In this document: one piece after another, positions 28,020 through 37,910 of the stretch
How the letters are laid out: every line of letters begins with the position of its first letter
How positions within the stretch are numbered: position 1 is the first letter of the stretch
Source: Lachnospiraceae bacterium
GTDB lineage: Bacteria; Bacillota; Clostridia; Lachnospirales; Lachnospiraceae
Direction of reading: 5' to 3'
DNA: 64,000 bases
NCBI GenBank assembly: GCA_024695145.1
Contig: JAILIS010000039.1
Span: forward strand, 3,300-67,299
Made by a program: the position numbers and the translations under genes
The notes under the pieces: model-generated
What the model saw: only the letters and a program-made list of their open reading frames with translations
Database searches by the model: none
What the model was told of the DNA's origin: nothing

Positions 28020-29849
28020 ATGTTTTTCTCTCTTTTCTTTGTACATTTCCTGATCCGCAAGTTCTATAAGAGAACTGAGCGGCTTGTCATTATCATAGCT
28101 GACCATATGATATCCGATACTCGCATCGACCATATAGGGTCTTTCGCCTCCGTCATTGAGCTGTTTCATGGAGCGTCTTATCCTTGCAATGTTATCCTCA
28201 ACCTCTTCTTCCGACAGTCCTCTTCCGAACACAACAAATTCATCGCCGCCGTATCTCATCAGAAGATCTTCCCTGCTCCGGCTCTTGCGAAGTACATCCG
28301 CCATATCACAGATCATACGGTCTCCCATCTCATGACCGAGTGCATCATTTACTTTTTTGAGGCCGTCAAGATCAAGGAAGATAAAGTACATTTCCTCTTT
28401 GTTCCTTCTCGCATCTCTTACGACTTCTTCGGAAAACTTGAAAAATCCGGCCCTGTTATATACGTGGGTCATAGGATCGAACACCCACATCTCATCCAGG
28501 GTCTTGATCATATGCTGCATTTTCCTAAGGTTTTTGACCTGTTCGAGAGCATTTGAGAGCGTCATCATCAGAACCCTGTAGAATTCCGAGAACAGCGGCA
28601 TCTGCGAATTCCGTATTATTGATATCCCGTAAAACCGCTCCCTGTAATGCAGCGAATCGATTATATACAGATTGCCTCCGACATTCGGATCGAACCTCGG
28701 ATGTCTTTCCCTGACATACTCTTTGCTGATCGTGCTGAACTTTCCGTCATAATAATTGATCCCGCTCATGATATCCGTATCGGGAGTATCATCATCGTCG
28801 CTGTCCCCGATGAGCAGGCAGAAAGCATCACCGCCCAGATCCTGTATGCACGGTTTCAGGATATCACACACGTCCCGGGGTGATTTTGCATTGGTAAGCT
28901 CAACCGTCAGTTCGCTTATCATCTCGGCATATCTTGCCTCGCGAAGCTTGTTGCGCGCGTACTGATTGACGACTATACGATGGTTGACGGGACGCACCGC
29001 ACCGCAGCCGCAGCTTTCGGCATACACGGGCTTGGAAAGAATGACGGGACTCTTATCATAATCCTTCTGGTCGATGGCCCGTATAACGTTTTTATATGCA
29101 GTTTCACCGACCTTTATCTCAAAACGGTTGATGGATGTGATCCTCGGGTAATGGTTGGCCGCCTCAAATATATTGTCGTAACCCGAAAGTATCGTATCTT
29201 CCGGAACCCTTATCCCTCTGTCGGAAAGAGCATAGAAAGCACCCAGAGCCATCTGATCGTTGGCACATACATAAGCGTCCGCAGTAAGTAAACCGTTTTC
29301 TTCAAAATAGTGAACGGCCGCCCTTCCGCTCCGTGCATAATAATCTCCAGTATAGCATCTTTTAGGATCCAGTTTCATACCGCATCTGATCATTTCCATC
29401 TCAAATACACGCTTACGTGTCACGGAATCGATGGAATCATCCGGTCCGCTTATGAAATTAACGGTCTTCACATTATGCTCATTTATCAGATGCCTTGACA
29501 GCGTCTGCATGGCAGACTCATTGTCGGAACTGACATTTATCATTCCGGGTATCGGACAGTCTATCGATGCCGCGGGCTTGTTCTGTGTAAGTATCTTGGC
29601 GATGAGCTTTGACCTGATCTTTGCCGAATAGATACTCTCCGCATAGATGATGAATCCGTCATAAACGGAAAAATCATCATACAGCATCGCAGCCGCCTCA
29701 CCGTTGTTGAACTCATCATCGGTGGAAAGTGTCAGGCAGTACACGATGACATTATTTCCGTCCTTTTCAGCGGCATCGGAAATACCTTCAAGAACCTTAC
29801 GCTGCGAATCCAGTTGCAACTCACCAAGAAAGACTGCGATATTATACAT
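28011..29849 (-). CDS. diguanylate cyclase with an N-terminal LacI/periplasmic-binding-protein-type sugar-binding domain (no HTH, no signal peptide)
   Basis: The N-terminal ~270 aa resemble a LacI-family effector domain (VNFISGPDDS, AYVCANDQMALGA, SGYDNI). The C-terminal domain is GGDEF (RYGGDEFVVF). Confidence 0.75.
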   Translation of the reverse strand: MYNIAVFLGELQLDSQRKVLEGISDAAEKDGNNVIVYCLTLSTDDEFNNGEAAAMLYDDFSVYDGFIIYAESIYSAKIRSKLIAKILTQNKPAASIDCPIPGMINVSSDNESAMQTLSRHLINEHNVKTVNFISGPDDSIDSVTRKRVFEMEMIRCGMKLDPKRCYTGDYYARSGRAAVHYFEENGLLTADAYVCANDQMALGAFYALSDRGIRVPEDTILSGYDNIFEAANHYPRITSINRFEIKVGETAYKNVIRAIDQKDYDKSPVILSKPVYAESCGCGAVRPVNHRIVVNQYARNKLREARYAEMISELTVELTNAKSPRDVCDILKPCIQDLGGDAFCLLIGDSDDDDTPDTDIMSGINYYDGKFSTISKEYVRERHPRFDPNVGGNLYIIDSLHYRERFYGISIIRNSQMPLFSEFYRVLMMTLSNALEQVKNLRKMQHMIKTLDEMWVFDPMTHVYNRAGFFKFSEEVVRDARRNKEEMYFIFLDLDGLKKVNDALGHEMGDRMICDMADVLRKSRSREDLLMRYGGDEFVVFGRGLSEEEVEDNIARIRRSMKQLNDGGERPYMVDASIGYHMVSYDNDKPLSSLIELADQEMYKEKREKHKR

Positions 29850-29858
29850 TTACTCTCC

Positions 29859-30704
29859 TTACATTCCCAAAAAACGCTCAAGAGCAGGCATCAGCTCTTC
29901 CGCTTCGCTTCTTCCGAGTTCATAAGTCTCCCTCATGACAAGCGGATCGTGACAGATATGTCCTATCGGCAGCGGAGACTTCGGACAGATCACAAAATTA
30001 CGTCCCGCTTTTTCCTGACGAAGGCAGTATTCAAACTGCTCATTATAAGCTATATGTCTTACCTTCATGGCATGAATGAGATTCGGATAGTTCCTGTACT
30101 TTATCCTGATAAGGGGCAATGTACGGTCTTCGCTCTTACGGTATCCTCTCGGCTTTGTCAATACCGTAACATTCCTCTCACAGCCCAGTGCTTCCGAAGC
30201 CTTGAGCGGTATGGAATCCGATATGCCTCCGTCAAGATATCTGCCTCCGTCGATAGCGACTATATTGGACACAAGCGGCATTGAGGAACTGGCCCTCATC
30301 CACTCAAGTTCTTCATATGAGGCGTCAGCCATCCGGTGATATCCGGCTTCTCCCGTTTTCACGTCGGTAACAACGACGTAGAAGGGGATCCCCGAGTCGA
30401 TAAATGCACCCTCGTCAAACCTGTCAAGTTCACTCGGAAGTGTATGATAACAGAACTGCGCCCCGAAGATGTCACCCGTCCTGATCAGTGATGAGATACT
30501 GCAGTATCTCTTGTCGGTCGCATATTTCATATTGTACCGGATCGTCCTGCCGATCTGTCCGGATACATAATTGCACCCGAAACATGCACCGGCACTTACG
30601 CCGATGACGTTCTCAAGCTTTATCCCGTTTTCCATCAGAACGTCGAGTACTCCCGCGGTAAACAGTCCGCGCATAGCACCGCCTTCAAGAACCAGTCCGG
30701 TCAT
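29859..30704 (-). CDS. patatin-like phospholipase
   Basis: The oxyanion motif is GGAMRG and the nucleophile elbow is GVSAGA. A DGG catalytic Asp motif (YLDGGISD) is also present. Confidence 0.85.
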   Translation of the reverse strand: MTGLVLEGGAMRGLFTAGVLDVLMENGIKLENVIGVSAGACFGCNYVSGQIGRTIRYNMKYATDKRYCSISSLIRTGDIFGAQFCYHTLPSELDRFDEGAFIDSGIPFYVVVTDVKTGEAGYHRMADASYEELEWMRASSSMPLVSNIVAIDGGRYLDGGISDSIPLKASEALGCERNVTVLTKPRGYRKSEDRTLPLIRIKYRNYPNLIHAMKVRHIAYNEQFEYCLRQEKAGRNFVICPKSPLPIGHICHDPLVMRETYELGRSEAEELMPALERFLGM

Positions 30705-31582
30705 ACTACAAACTCCGCTGCTTCACGTATATTTTCGATCTGAGCCCTGTCCACCATGCCGCCGAATTCCCCGTCCAGATTCCAAGGGATCGGCTCATCG
30801 GATTCGATAAAAAGCTTTGAGCATTTGAAACATATAACATTGTCCGACTTGATCCTGCGGTCCAGGATAGCCGGCGCTATCAGATTGAACTCCCTGATGT
30901 TGTCCGGAGCACGGACCAGCATAACCTCGAATATTCCGTCGTTAAGCTTTACATCAGGTCCCGGAAGAGCCTTGATCCCTCCGACCGAATCGGAATTCGT
31001 CACAAGACCCACGAGAAAATTATCACTCAGTACATTTCCGTCATAGGAGATACGAAGCGGTATCGATCTGATGGACGGAAGCTTCTTGACGCACTCCGCA
31101 AGGTATGCCGTATATCCGAATAAATTCTTCAGATTCTGATCGGTCTCGTATGTCACATCCGTAAACAGTCCGAATGCGGCAACATATACGAAAAACCGGG
31201 AATTGAACTTTCCGAGATCACATATAAACGTCCTGTCTCCCGACGCCGTGACTGCAGCCCTTTTAACGGTCCTCGGCAGTCCTATGCTCCTTGCAAAATC
31301 ATTTGTTGAGCCTGTAGGCAGGTAGCCTATCGGTACTTTCACGCCGGCAGACATGATGCCGGTCACTATCTCGTCAAGTGTACCGTCTCCTCCGGCGCAT
31401 ACGACCCTGTCATAATCTGCGCTCCACTGCCTGGCTATAACCTCACCGTCACCCGGACACTGAGTCGGATATACCGTGACTCTGTATCCTTTCTTGGTAA
31501 ACGTATCTATAATATCTCCGAGATGGGTTCCGATACTGCCCTTTCCGGCTCTCGGATTGTATATAAAAAGCAAGGTTTTCAT
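30701..31582 (-). CDS. diacylglycerol/lipid kinase family protein (YegS/DagK-like)
   Basis: The N-terminus is MKTLLFIYNPRAGKG, with GGDGTLDE. I set the start at ATG 31582. The 84 codons further upstream in the track ORF cross the divergent promoter region and overlap the 5' end of the divergent SPFH gene. Confidence 0.8.
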   Translation of the reverse strand: MKTLLFIYNPRAGKGSIGTHLGDIIDTFTKKGYRVTVYPTQCPGDGEVIARQWSADYDRVVCAGGDGTLDEIVTGIMSAGVKVPIGYLPTGSTNDFARSIGLPRTVKRAAVTASGDRTFICDLGKFNSRFFVYVAAFGLFTDVTYETDQNLKNLFGYTAYLAECVKKLPSIRSIPLRISYDGNVLSDNFLVGLVTNSDSVGGIKALPGPDVKLNDGIFEVMLVRAPDNIREFNLIAPAILDRRIKSDNVICFKCSKLFIESDEPIPWNLDGEFGGMVDRAQIENIREAAEFVV

Positions 31583-31690
31583 ACCGCTGATTTTAACATA
31601 AACATACCCCGAAAACAAGAAAGCCCGGCTTTCGTGAAATATGATATAATACGTTCTGGAGAATAGAAAAGCATGAAAGGAGCTTTTGTT

Positions 31691-32578
31691 ATGGAAGGTT
31701 TGATTTTTCTGTTGATAGTACTTCTTATCGTACTGATCCTGTGTATCAGGTGCATATGTATAGTACCGCAGGCCAACGCATGGGTTGTCGAATTCCTCGG
31801 AAAATACTACAGCACATGGGCAGCCGGTCTTCATCTCAAGGTGCCCTTCTTCTACAGGATAGTCAAGAAAGTTTCATTAAAGGAGCAGGTTGCGGACTTT
31901 GAGCCCCAGCCGGTCATCACAAAGGATAACGTTACAATGATGGTAGACTCCGTTGTGTTCTTCTCGGTATTTGATGCCAAGCTTTTCACATACGGTGTTG
32001 AACGCCCGATCGCGGCGATCGAGAATCTGTCCGCAACAACGCTTCGTAACATAATCGGAAGCATGACTCTCGACGAAACACTGACGAGCCGTGACGACAT
32101 CAATTCCCAGATCACCGTGATACTTGACGAAGCTACGGATAAATGGGGAATAAAAGTCAGCCGCGTGGAAGTTAAGAACATAATGCCGCCACAGTCCATA
32201 CAGGATGCCATGGAGAAGCAGATGCGTGCCGAGCGTGAAAAACGTGAAGCCATCCTTACTGCCGAAGGAAAGAAACAGTCCGCGATCACTCTTGCGGAAG
32301 GTGAAAAACAGGCAGCCATCCTTCGTGCCGAAGCCGTTAAGGAACAGCGCATACGCGAAGCCGAAGGTGAGGCCGAAGCACTCCTTGCGGTCCAGAAGGC
32401 CAAGGCCGAGGGTATCAGGCTCATCAATGAAGCTAATCCGACACAGCAGTATCTCACGCTCCAGTCATTTGATGCAGTCGCGAAGATGGCAGACGGCCAG
32501 GCTACCAAAGTGATCGTTCCTTCCGATCTTGCCAACCTTGCAGGTGCGATCACGGCCATTGCCGAAAGCTCCAAATAA
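31691..32578 (+). CDS. SPFH/band-7 (stomatin-like) membrane protein
   Basis: It has an N-terminal TM, the SPFH core (VDSVVFFSVFD, TLRNIIGSMTLDETLTSRD) and a C-terminal A/E-rich coiled coil. ATG 31691 has an AAAGGAG SD 8 nt upstream. The alternative start is 31673. Confidence 0.8.
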   Translation: MEGLIFLLIVLLIVLILCIRCICIVPQANAWVVEFLGKYYSTWAAGLHLKVPFFYRIVKKVSLKEQVADFEPQPVITKDNVTMMVDSVVFFSVFDAKLFTYGVERPIAAIENLSATTLRNIIGSMTLDETLTSRDDINSQITVILDEATDKWGIKVSRVEVKNIMPPQSIQDAMEKQMRAEREKREAILTAEGKKQSAITLAEGEKQAAILRAEAVKEQRIREAEGEAEALLAVQKAKAEGIRLINEANPTQQYLTLQSFDAVAKMADGQATKVIVPSDLANLAGAITAIAESSK

Positions 32579-32592
32579 GAAACGGAGGAAAG

Positions 32593-33012
32593 ATGAGCAG
32601 TATTTTTTCGATACTCATAGTTGTCATCATCTGCTTTTTCGTTATCAGAAAATCGACAAAGCAGTCACCGGGGAGCCGGAATAATAACAACACAAAAGGG
32701 CCTGCTGCGAAAGTGCAGCGGCCCCGCGGATATACCAATTACAGGCCTCACAAAGATCTAGTCAGCGTAAGCCGGGATATGGGCGACAGAAAAGGGGCCG
32801 CCCTGCGGGATGACCGGCACAACGACTGGCTGGCCAGACAGCTCGAAGAAGAGCACCGCGCATTTAAGGCCACGAGCGAGATGTTCGACCTCAAGATCGA
32901 GCACGCGAGTCATTGTGATGCAAAGTTGCTTGAACAGTTTCACAGAAAAAACTGTACGGCCGAAGGTATCGATCTCGCAAACGGATCAACGGTCGTGAAA
33001 AAGGCCCGTTAA
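32593..33012 (+). CDS. hypothetical single-pass membrane protein
   Basis: 139 aa. A GGAGGAAAG SD lies directly upstream. It has the N-terminal TM SIFSILIVVIICFFVI. I recognised no family. Confidence 0.5.
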   Translation: MSSIFSILIVVIICFFVIRKSTKQSPGSRNNNNTKGPAAKVQRPRGYTNYRPHKDLVSVSRDMGDRKGAALRDDRHNDWLARQLEEEHRAFKATSEMFDLKIEHASHCDAKLLEQFHRKNCTAEGIDLANGSTVVKKAR

Positions 33013-34050
33013 GTTCAGCACGATTCCGACGATCTTCGTAAAGATCACGGAGGAAATATACGCGCAAATAAAGCTTAAGGGAACCGTAAGGCAGAACCAC
33101 CAGAAGCCTTCCGTGGCGCTTGATACATACCGCTTGACGTAGCTGTATATTATCGCGTCATACGCTCCCGCAAACAGATATATCTCAAATGACACACGGC
33201 TTATCGAGGCCAGGACCGCGGGTATGATACCCGGAAGAGTCTTAACGTCATAAAACAGCAGGAATATACAGACGGTGCATATGGAAATGAACAGCGTTCC
33301 GTATGTGCCGTCTGCAGTTGATATCAGATTCCAGTCAAAGAGCCCCGTCGATGTGAACCTCATGCTTATGAATGCTTCAAGCACAACAATTATCACAAGA
33401 ACAAGCAGCAGCACTCTCCTGTCGGGACGCCATCTCCTGTCCCTTACCGCTATCCCGAGAAAATAAAAGAGCACCGGATATATCCCGGTAAAGTAAGAAG
33501 GTGCGATATAGTTAAACACAGGATATAAACAGCATAAGAACACAAGTGTGACGATGAGTATGTTCTGCTCGCGCATATCAAGTGCATACCACATTTTGTT
33601 GAGAAAAGGGATCAGAAGAAAAAGGCACAGGTACAGTCCCATGAACCACGCTATCTGGTAGTTTCCGAGGTTTTTGAAGATCCCCCGGAGATCATATATC
33701 TTTCCGTAGAGACGGTTATACAGCAGCATCTTGGCAACCGAGATCACGACATACGATATCAGAAGCGGGATCAGTGCGAAATAGTGCAATCTGTCCGCCT
33801 TCTTCCGGCTCTTAAAGTATCCGGTCAGCATGAAAAACAGCGGTACTGCCGTGACAAACAGCCATCGCAGGCCCGTCATCACAAACATCTTCGGGCCGTT
33901 CATCGGTTCGTTGTAATAGCCTATGTTCAGATAAAAATGCGCCCCCACAACGAACACGCATGCGATCGTCCTTACAAGATCGGGTCCGCACTGCCGCGCA
34001 GCCGATCTGTCCCTCGTCCCGTTTTCTTCATTTACAAGCTCCGCTTCCAT
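32986..34050 (-). CDS. acyltransferase family 3 membrane protein
   Basis: 354 aa and ~10 TM. The LVRTIACVFVVGAHF N-terminal motif is typical of acyltransferase_3. Confidence 0.7.
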   Translation of the reverse strand: MEAELVNEENGTRDRSAARQCGPDLVRTIACVFVVGAHFYLNIGYYNEPMNGPKMFVMTGLRWLFVTAVPLFFMLTGYFKSRKKADRLHYFALIPLLISYVVISVAKMLLYNRLYGKIYDLRGIFKNLGNYQIAWFMGLYLCLFLLIPFLNKMWYALDMREQNILIVTLVFLCCLYPVFNYIAPSYFTGIYPVLFYFLGIAVRDRRWRPDRRVLLLVLVIIVVLEAFISMRFTSTGLFDWNLISTADGTYGTLFISICTVCIFLLFYDVKTLPGIIPAVLASISRVSFEIYLFAGAYDAIIYSYVKRYVSSATEGFWWFCLTVPLSFICAYISSVIFTKIVGIVLNLTGLFHDR

Positions 34051-36420
34051 TTACTGCTCCCTCAGTATAAAATCCTTATCCTCGTCAATGATATCGACCA
34101 TGATCTTCGCAAACCTGGGATCGAACTGTGTTCCGCTGCATCTTATGATCTCCGCCCTTGCCTCTGCCTGTGTGAGCGGTTCCCTGTAACTGCGGTTGCT
34201 TGTCATCGCATCATATGAGTCTGCTACGGCAATGATCCTCGCAACCTCCGGAATATCCTCCCCGGCAAGGCCGTCGGGATATCCTTTTCCGTCATATCTC
34301 TCATGATGCCATCTTGCGCCTCGTGTGATATTGGGCATTTCCTTTATCGTTTCGAGTATCTGATTGCCGATGACGGGATGTTCTTTGATGATGTCATATT
34401 CTTCATCCGTCAGCTTATCCTTCTTGTTTATTATGGCATCGGGTATACCGATCTTTCCGACATCATGAAGAAGACCGATTATATATATCTCATCCTGTTC
34501 CTTATCGTCATAGCCGTAGTGCATGGCAATAAGCTTTGAATACTCCGCCACGCGGTTCGAATGGCCGTTCGTGTATTTATCCTTGGCATCGATCGCATGC
34601 GCAAGAGCCTTTATGATATGTATACCGAGCTGTTCGACCTCTTCGGCCTTTTTCTCGATCTCCCTGTTCATGTGCATGCGCAGGTGAGCCAGGTTCATCA
34701 GATTGGAGATACGCAGATTAAACACTTCATCCGAGATCGGCATACTGATAAAATCAACCGCTCCGAGTTCCAGGCAGCGCCTCTCCGTATCCGGATCCTC
34801 TACGCCGGTAAATATGATCGGAACATGCCTGAAAGTTCCTCCGAGATCGCGGATCGCAACTGCCGTATCAGCACCGCTCATATTTTCCATGGCCGCATTT
34901 ATTATGACAATATCCGGAATGTTATCATGAAGATGATTAATAAGCTCCTCTTTGCTTTTTGCCGGTGTGACATCATATCCGTGCAGGCAAAGTGAATGCA
35001 TCATCATGTCAAGAGAGGCTTCATCATCATCGGCTATAGCTATGCGGTTATCTTCTTCCCCTCTTTCGGGAACGTTGGCGGTTATCTCCGGATCCGTGCT
35101 CTGCGTTTCAACGGCAAGTTCAACCAGTCCGCTGTATTCATTACTCTTCCACGCTCTCATGACACGATCGGTCACGCGGCTGACGTTGTAATCACTTATT
35201 TCGGGAAGCATCAGGAAGAAATGATTGCCTCCGATCTGCATCATGATATCACTGTTTCGAAGAGATTCCTGAAGCAGCTCCCGAAGGCTCAGCATTATCT
35301 TTTCCCTCTCCGACTGTGACAGATCACTGTGTAAAAATCTTGCGGTAAAGAGCATCTTATATGCCGTTCCGCGGTATCTGTCCATGTATCTGATCATGTA
35401 CCTGTATACATTACCGAAAGCTTCCCTTCCCATCCACATGGCATTCTGGGGGATGCTTCTCTCCTCCAGTATCGTGGTGAGCATATCAAGATTGATATCG
35501 GGCGGGATCTCCTCGGCGGACTGCTCATCTTTAAAAAGCGCATATCCGTGCTTGCCGTTATTCTTTATCATGTAGAGTGCCCTGTCGCTCAAACGGAACA
35601 GAGTGTTAAAATCAGTCCCCTGTTCCGGGACATAAACAGCCCCTACAGATGTTCCGAGAGGGATACTCATACCATCCCTCATGATATCGTGACTCTGTTT
35701 TGCAAGATCACGGTTAACTCCTTCCGTAAACCTGCTGATCTCCTTCTCACTCTTCATGTTCTCGGCAAACAGGAGGAACTCGTCTCCTCCTACTCTTCCG
35801 AATGTGCATGGGAATATCATGTTCCGTCTTATTATCTCGGAAAACATGGCAAGAATACGGTCGCCCATTTCATGACCGTATATATCATTGACAAGTTTAA
35901 ACGAATCAAGATCGAGGATCATCAGAACACCGGATCTTGTCCGGCAAAGTGCTGATATATGCTCCTCGGCGTTATATTTGTTGAGAAAGCCCGTGAGCTT
36001 GTCGATCGTCGCTTCCTCTTCATACTTCAGCAGTTGTCCTCTGGTGCTTATGATCTTCTCAACACGGCGGGTCAGAACATCCGGATCAAAGGGTTTTCTT
36101 ATATAGTCCGATACCCCCATCTCAAATCCTTTGCTCTCGTGTGACCTGTCCTCATCGGCAGTCAGAAATACGATGGGAACAGCCGGTATGCCAAGCTCAC
36201 TCTCAAGTTCCCTGAAGCGCTCATATGTTGTAAAGCCGTTCATTTCCGGCATGTTGATGTCAAGAAGGATCAGATCGGGAGCACCGTTCATGCGGACATA
36301 TTCAAGAAGACTGCTTCCTGATTTTAACGCAGTGACTCTCATACTGTTCTTGGACAGGATCTCTCCGGCCACCTTGAGGTTCGTGACATCATCATCTACG
36401 ACCATTATCCATGCTGCCAT
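34051..36420 (-). CDS. dual-receiver c-di-GMP protein: REC-GGDEF-linker-REC-HD-GYP
   Basis: REC1 is IMVVDDDVTNL...LILLDINMPEMNG. The GGDEF motif is RVGGDEFLLF. REC2 is IAIADDDEASL...IVIINAAMENMSG. The HD-GYP motifs are HDVGKIG and HHERYDGKGYP. Confidence 0.8.
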   Translation of the reverse strand: MAAWIMVVDDDVTNLKVAGEILSKNSMRVTALKSGSSLLEYVRMNGAPDLILLDINMPEMNGFTTYERFRELESELGIPAVPIVFLTADEDRSHESKGFEMGVSDYIRKPFDPDVLTRRVEKIISTRGQLLKYEEEATIDKLTGFLNKYNAEEHISALCRTRSGVLMILDLDSFKLVNDIYGHEMGDRILAMFSEIIRRNMIFPCTFGRVGGDEFLLFAENMKSEKEISRFTEGVNRDLAKQSHDIMRDGMSIPLGTSVGAVYVPEQGTDFNTLFRLSDRALYMIKNNGKHGYALFKDEQSAEEIPPDINLDMLTTILEERSIPQNAMWMGREAFGNVYRYMIRYMDRYRGTAYKMLFTARFLHSDLSQSEREKIMLSLRELLQESLRNSDIMMQIGGNHFFLMLPEISDYNVSRVTDRVMRAWKSNEYSGLVELAVETQSTDPEITANVPERGEEDNRIAIADDDEASLDMMMHSLCLHGYDVTPAKSKEELINHLHDNIPDIVIINAAMENMSGADTAVAIRDLGGTFRHVPIIFTGVEDPDTERRCLELGAVDFISMPISDEVFNLRISNLMNLAHLRMHMNREIEKKAEEVEQLGIHIIKALAHAIDAKDKYTNGHSNRVAEYSKLIAMHYGYDDKEQDEIYIIGLLHDVGKIGIPDAIINKKDKLTDEEYDIIKEHPVIGNQILETIKEMPNITRGARWHHERYDGKGYPDGLAGEDIPEVARIIAVADSYDAMTSNRSYREPLTQAEARAEIIRCSGTQFDPRFAKIMVDIIDEDKDFILREQ

Positions 36421-36510
36421 ATCTCGTCCTTTCGAAAAAAAACACCGGTAGTACTAAAAATTTACCATATGTACGCCATAAACTCAAATAAATGTGTTAA
36501 AATATGAAGT

Positions 36511-36924
36511 ATGAAAAGGCTGAAGCTTCTGAAAGGAGTATTAAAACGGACTCATGCGGACAGGCTGATAGCGGGATTCATACTGTTCTTTCTGCTCGAT
36601 GCTTTCCTGATCATGCTAATAGAGCCCGGCATAACAAATTACCGTGATGCCGTTTGGTACTGCTACGCCGTATTTTCAACGGCGGGTTTCGGAGACTTTA
36701 CAGCCGTGACTATCCTGGGCCGGGCACTGTCAATACTGCTCACCGTGTACACGATCCTTATCGTGGCCATAGTCACAGGTGTTGTTGTTGCGTTTTATAA
36801 TGACGTGGTGGCAATGAAATACAAGGCGAGCAAGGCAGAGATACTCGATAAGCTGGAAAATCTGGACAAGCTGTCAAAAGATGAACTGAAAGAGCTGTCC
36901 GAGCGGATCAATAAAATTATTTAA
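36511..36924 (+). CDS. minimal 2-TM potassium channel
   Basis: 137 aa. It has two TMs flanking a pore helix and the filter AVFSTAGFGDF (a TxGYGD variant). The tail is a coiled coil. Confidence 0.75.
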   Translation: MKRLKLLKGVLKRTHADRLIAGFILFFLLDAFLIMLIEPGITNYRDAVWYCYAVFSTAGFGDFTAVTILGRALSILLTVYTILIVAIVTGVVVAFYNDVVAMKYKASKAEILDKLENLDKLSKDELKELSERINKII

Positions 36925-36929
36925 GAGGA

Positions 36930-37346
36930 ATGGAAATGTCAAAGCAATTAACCGTAACAGCAAAAACAGCCAAGCTTGATGAGGTGCTGGAATTTATAGG
37001 CGCAATACTCGAGGAAGCGGACTGCCCCATGAAAACAAAACTCCAGCTCGATGTAGCTGTGGAGGAGATCTTTGTCAATATTGCAAACTATGCATATGGG
37101 GATGCCGAAGGAACTGCCGTGATATCTGCCGATATAACCGAAAACCCAAAGGCAGTCGTGATAGAATTTCGTGACACCGGTAAGCCTTTTGATCCGCTGG
37201 CCAAACCGGATCCTGATACAACTCTCTCTGCCGCGGAACGTCAGATCGGCGGACTCGGGATCTTTATGGTCAAGAAGAGCATGGATGAAGTGGCTTACCG
37301 TTACGAAGATTCACAGAATATCTTCACCATGCGGAAACTTTTCTGA
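36930..37346 (+). CDS. small GHKL ATPase, SpoIIAB/RsbW-like (HATPase_c_2-type)
   Basis: 138 aa. The N-box is EEIFVNIANY, G1 is FRDTGKPFDP and G2 is IGGLGIFMV. It starts 5 nt after the K+ channel stop. No STAS or sigma gene is adjacent. Confidence 0.65.
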   Translation: MEMSKQLTVTAKTAKLDEVLEFIGAILEEADCPMKTKLQLDVAVEEIFVNIANYAYGDAEGTAVISADITENPKAVVIEFRDTGKPFDPLAKPDPDTTLSAAERQIGGLGIFMVKKSMDEVAYRYEDSQNIFTMRKLF

Positions 37347-37352
37347 TATCTT

Positions 37353-37910
37353 TTACAAGAGCCCTGCTCTTTTCATCGATCTTTTAAGCACATCACCGAC
37401 AAGACCGGAGAGGATTAGTTTCAGAATGCCGGTCGGGATAAAAGGGATCACGCATGCCGCCAGAGCGACTGAAACGGTTGAATCGGCGGCATAAACAAAC
37501 CAGACCGTACCTGCAGCGTAGTTGATAAGCACTCCGCCGAGAAGGCCTGCCCAGCAGAGCGGATTTTTAATTCCTTTATCAGCTGCCAGTCCGGATATAA
37601 AAGCCATGATCGGAAAAGAAAGAATGAATCCTCCGGTCACACCGAAAACTGCTCCTATCCCACCCGTCATATTGGCCAGAACCGGTACTCCGACAGTCGC
37701 AAGCAGAACATATATGAGGGTCGATATCGTCCCTCTTTTGGCTCCAAGAACTATTCCCGCAAGAGGTACCGCAAGCGTCTGCAATGTAAGAGGTACTCCG
37801 CCGGGAAGGGGGATCGATATCTGAGCCATCACGGCTATTATCGCGGTGAATATCGCCGTATAGCATATATCCCTTACATTGACCGTTGTTGCTTTTGACC
37901 GACTCTCCAT
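37353..37910 (-). CDS. bioY: biotin transporter S component
   Basis: 185 aa. The call rests on ISIPLPGGVPLTLQTLAVPLAGIVLG and TGGFILSFP motifs. Confidence 0.85.
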   Translation of the reverse strand: MESRSKATTVNVRDICYTAIFTAIIAVMAQISIPLPGGVPLTLQTLAVPLAGIVLGAKRGTISTLIYVLLATVGVPVLANMTGGIGAVFGVTGGFILSFPIMAFISGLAADKGIKNPLCWAGLLGGVLINYAAGTVWFVYAADSTVSVALAACVIPFIPTGILKLILSGLVGDVLKRSMKRAGLL

